A stretch of 64,000 bases of DNA from an uncultured Acidobacteriota bacterium (GTDB taxonomy: Bacteria; Acidobacteriota; UBA6911), in contig CAWHCF010000009.1 of the NCBI GenBank assembly GCA_963827655.1, positions 1 to 64,000 of the forward strand, read 5' to 3'. Positions 61,808 to 64,000 of this stretch are shown in pieces (positions within the stretch are counted from its first letter, which is position 1; every line of letters begins with the position of its first letter). The notes beneath the pieces are model-generated. The model was not told the origin of the DNA. It saw only the letters and a list, made by a program, of their open reading frames with translations, and searched no databases. The position numbers and the translations under genes were made by a program.

Positions 61808-62983
61808 CTAACCCTTCAATTGCAAATTCCTTGTCAGGTCCAGGTTATATGAATACTGGCTCATGTCCACCTTTGCACCGTAAACGAGCAGAGGAATCCG
61901 AGACTCGTGACGCGAACCATGCGAGCGTACCTTTACGGGCTCTCTGCCTTTTTCAAGCTCGCCGAACACATAGTCCTTCTTCGCCAGTACGAAAAGATCC
62001 CCAATCCGGTCCGGATAGAGATGAAACTCGGCGGCAGCTCTTCTCGAGTCGAAGACTTCTTCAACACCTTCTGTTTGCGTGAGAATCTCAATTGCTCTGG
62101 ACTTGTCGCTGATCCGGTCCAGATACACGTAGCAGGCCCCGCCGAGATTGCTGTGATGTGTCCTGTGGGCATCGCGAATAATCGGGATCGCTTCCGATAG
62201 AATTGATTTTTCCCGCAGGATCAGCGCGGGATTAATGCCCTCGCGCTTGGCGTTCATTCCATGATCGGCTGTCAGATAGATTTCAATGCGAGGGTGGTCA
62301 TCGACAATGTCCGCCAGCATCTTGTCCAGTCGATGCAGGTGCTCGAGAGAAGGACTCTCCTCGGGACCATAGGTGTGCATCATATAGTCGGTAGTCGAAA
62401 TGTACATCAGATCGACAGAATCGCTCTTCAAAATCAGACGGGCCGCCCGGAAGGTCCAGTAGTTCACGTCGGCCGAGTACATCTTCTCTTTCTGCCCGAT
62501 GCGCTGGATCCACTCCGACTCCGGCTTCTCCGCGGAAACAACGATGTCCGCCCCGCGGGAGCAAAGCGTCCGCACCTTGTCCTTAGAACTGACCAGTGCA
62601 GTTCGCAACCCGAACTTCTTTGCCTTTTCGAAGATTGTAGGCTTCAGGAGAAACTCGGCCGACTCCATCTCAGATGAAGTTTTCGTGCGTCGGTCGTAGT
62701 GATAGTTCGTGGTAATGCCATGCTCGATTGGAAAGGAACCGGTCACGAGTGAAGCGTTATTGACATTCGTCACCGATGGAATCACACAAAGCCCGGCTTT
62801 CAGCCCTCCCTCCTTACCTATGCGCTTCAGGTTCGGCATGTCGCTCGCTTCCAGATAGTCCATCCCGAATCCGTCCACCAGTACGATGACTATCTTTCTA
62901 CCCGGGTGGCGGCTCTGACCTAAAGCAGTGGCAGCGAGACTTGCGAAGATGAAATGGCGTCTGGTCATCGGTCTCCGTTCCAC
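61808..62983 (-). CDS. Alkaline-phosphatase-superfamily protein, phosphonoacetate-hydrolase-like, with Tat signal
   Basis: TRRHFI signal, VDG, PSVTNVNNASLVTG, TTDYMMH, TADHGM, RSHG. Confidence 0.82.
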   Translation of the reverse strand: MERRPMTRRHFIFASLAATALGQSRHPGRKIVIVLVDGFGMDYLEASDMPNLKRIGKEGGLKAGLCVIPSVTNVNNASLVTGSFPIEHGITTNYHYDRRTKTSSEMESAEFLLKPTIFEKAKKFGLRTALVSSKDKVRTLCSRGADIVVSAEKPESEWIQRIGQKEKMYSADVNYWTFRAARLILKSDSVDLMYISTTDYMMHTYGPEESPSLEHLHRLDKMLADIVDDHPRIEIYLTADHGMNAKREGINPALILREKSILSEAIPIIRDAHRTHHSNLGGACYVYLDRISDKSRAIEILTQTEGVEEVFDSRRAAAEFHLYPDRIGDLFVLAKKDYVFGELEKGREPVKVRSHGSRHESRIPLLVYGAKVDMSQYSYNLDLTRNLQLKG

Positions 62984-63102
62984 GGTGAACCATCCTTTTC
63001 CCGATTCAACGCTCGATTACGACAAAGCCGGACCTTCGAGGGTTGAAATATGCCATTTAACGTTCAACCAGGAGCGCCGGTCACGGGCCATACACTCGCG
63101 GA

Positions 63103-63915
63103 TCAGCGAGTCCGGCTCACGTCGCGGATCGCCTGAATAATGAGCTCAGGTTGATCGCGCTGGATGAAGTGTCCACTCTTTTCAGCGAGTCGAAACTCCC
63201 CGTGCGTTGAGCGCTTCGCGAGATCCTCCTGAAACTCTCTCCAAATGCGATCCCATGCCGCAAACTGCTCTTCGGTCATTCGGTTTGTTTGCGAGTCGCT
63301 TCCGTCACGCGCCTTGCGTGGAAACGGAGTTCCGCGACCGATCACGATCAACGGAAGCTCCGTTCGCCATTCCAGCCGCTCACCCGGTTTCACAAAAAAA
63401 CCAAGCCGCGCAGTCACGTCGGTAAGGCCCGGCCCCTGGGGATCGAGTTCATGCAGCCGCAGTGCTTGTTCCTCATGGGACGAATCCACGAACACCAGTC
63501 CGGCCGCTTCGCGCGGATATCTTGTTACGAAGCGCCGGGCATAGAACCCCGAGTTCGAATGACTCACCAGGATGAAAGGCCCTTTCTCGCCCGACGCTTC
63601 GAGCCACGCGTGCAGATCGTCTACGACTTCATCAACCGATTGCAGTTTGACAGGCGCCTTGTCGCTCTCGCCAAAATTGGCGTGATCATAACTGCACACC
63701 CGCGTGAAACTCGCTACGGCAGGTTGGATCGTTGCCCAATCCTGGGCTGTTCTCCCGCCGGCCGGAATCAGTACCACCGTTGGTGAACGCGTAGCTTCTC
63801 CGTCGCAGTAGACGGACAAGCGACGATCTCCAATGCCGATCATCCGCTGTTCACCGAATGCCGCAATCGAGGTGGCCAGCAGGCTGGCGATGATGAGGAG
63901 AGAGACCCGGAGCAT
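63103..63915 (-). CDS. Alpha/beta hydrolase
   Basis: RVCSYD..GESD, VSHSNSG, GLVFVDS, SGHFIQ.DQP. Confidence 0.85.
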   Translation of the reverse strand: MLRVSLLIIASLLATSIAAFGEQRMIGIGDRRLSVYCDGEATRSPTVVLIPAGGRTAQDWATIQPAVASFTRVCSYDHANFGESDKAPVKLQSVDEVVDDLHAWLEASGEKGPFILVSHSNSGFYARRFVTRYPREAAGLVFVDSSHEEQALRLHELDPQGPGLTDVTARLGFFVKPGERLEWRTELPLIVIGRGTPFPRKARDGSDSQTNRMTEEQFAAWDRIWREFQEDLAKRSTHGEFRLAEKSGHFIQRDQPELIIQAIRDVSRTR

Positions 63916-64000
63916 GCTGATTTTATAGCGCACAGGGACAAGAGAACACATTGCAAGTGACCCACTGGGCCATTGACGCGGATAGGCGGAACAAAGAGTC

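Overview
GC-rich bacterial window, probably Acidobacteriota (inferred from Oar-like TonB receptors, Tat-exported PLP enzymes and ACCACGAAGACACGAAG-type REPs). It looks like an unpolished long-read assembly, with many single-base frameshifts. Bases 1-4865 are an error-rich fold-back palindrome centred at ~2487 inside a tyrosine-integrase 5' end, most likely an artefact. The right arm holds a tRNA-Ala(CGC) 3' att remnant, a tandem TonB-C gene and tRNA-Val(CAC). Next come a PP2C phosphatase, a TonB receptor and a molybdate uptake operon. The main candidate novel system is a ~17.4 kb cluster (15625-33005). It joins a terpene core (DxDD class II cyclase, second prenyltransferase-barrel protein, DUF116-fused polyprenyl synthase) with a radical SAM enzyme, ferredoxin and HdrA-N-like Fe-S proteins, a GcvH-like carrier, a DndA/IscS-like cysteine desulfurase and a lipoate-ligase homologue. 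It also carries an arsenic/metal module: CC-tailed ArsR, ArsI fused to an ArsM-like domain, MFS, PhyH dioxygenase, TonB receptor and COG0523 GTPase. The remainder has a Fur-boxed PepSY/TBDR/PiuC iron operon, assorted hydrolases and aminotransferases, a sulfite-oxidase fusion, a decayed IS1182, kynA-kynU, pseudogene remnants and at least two MITE families. All family calls come from motif recognition by eye; no searches were run.
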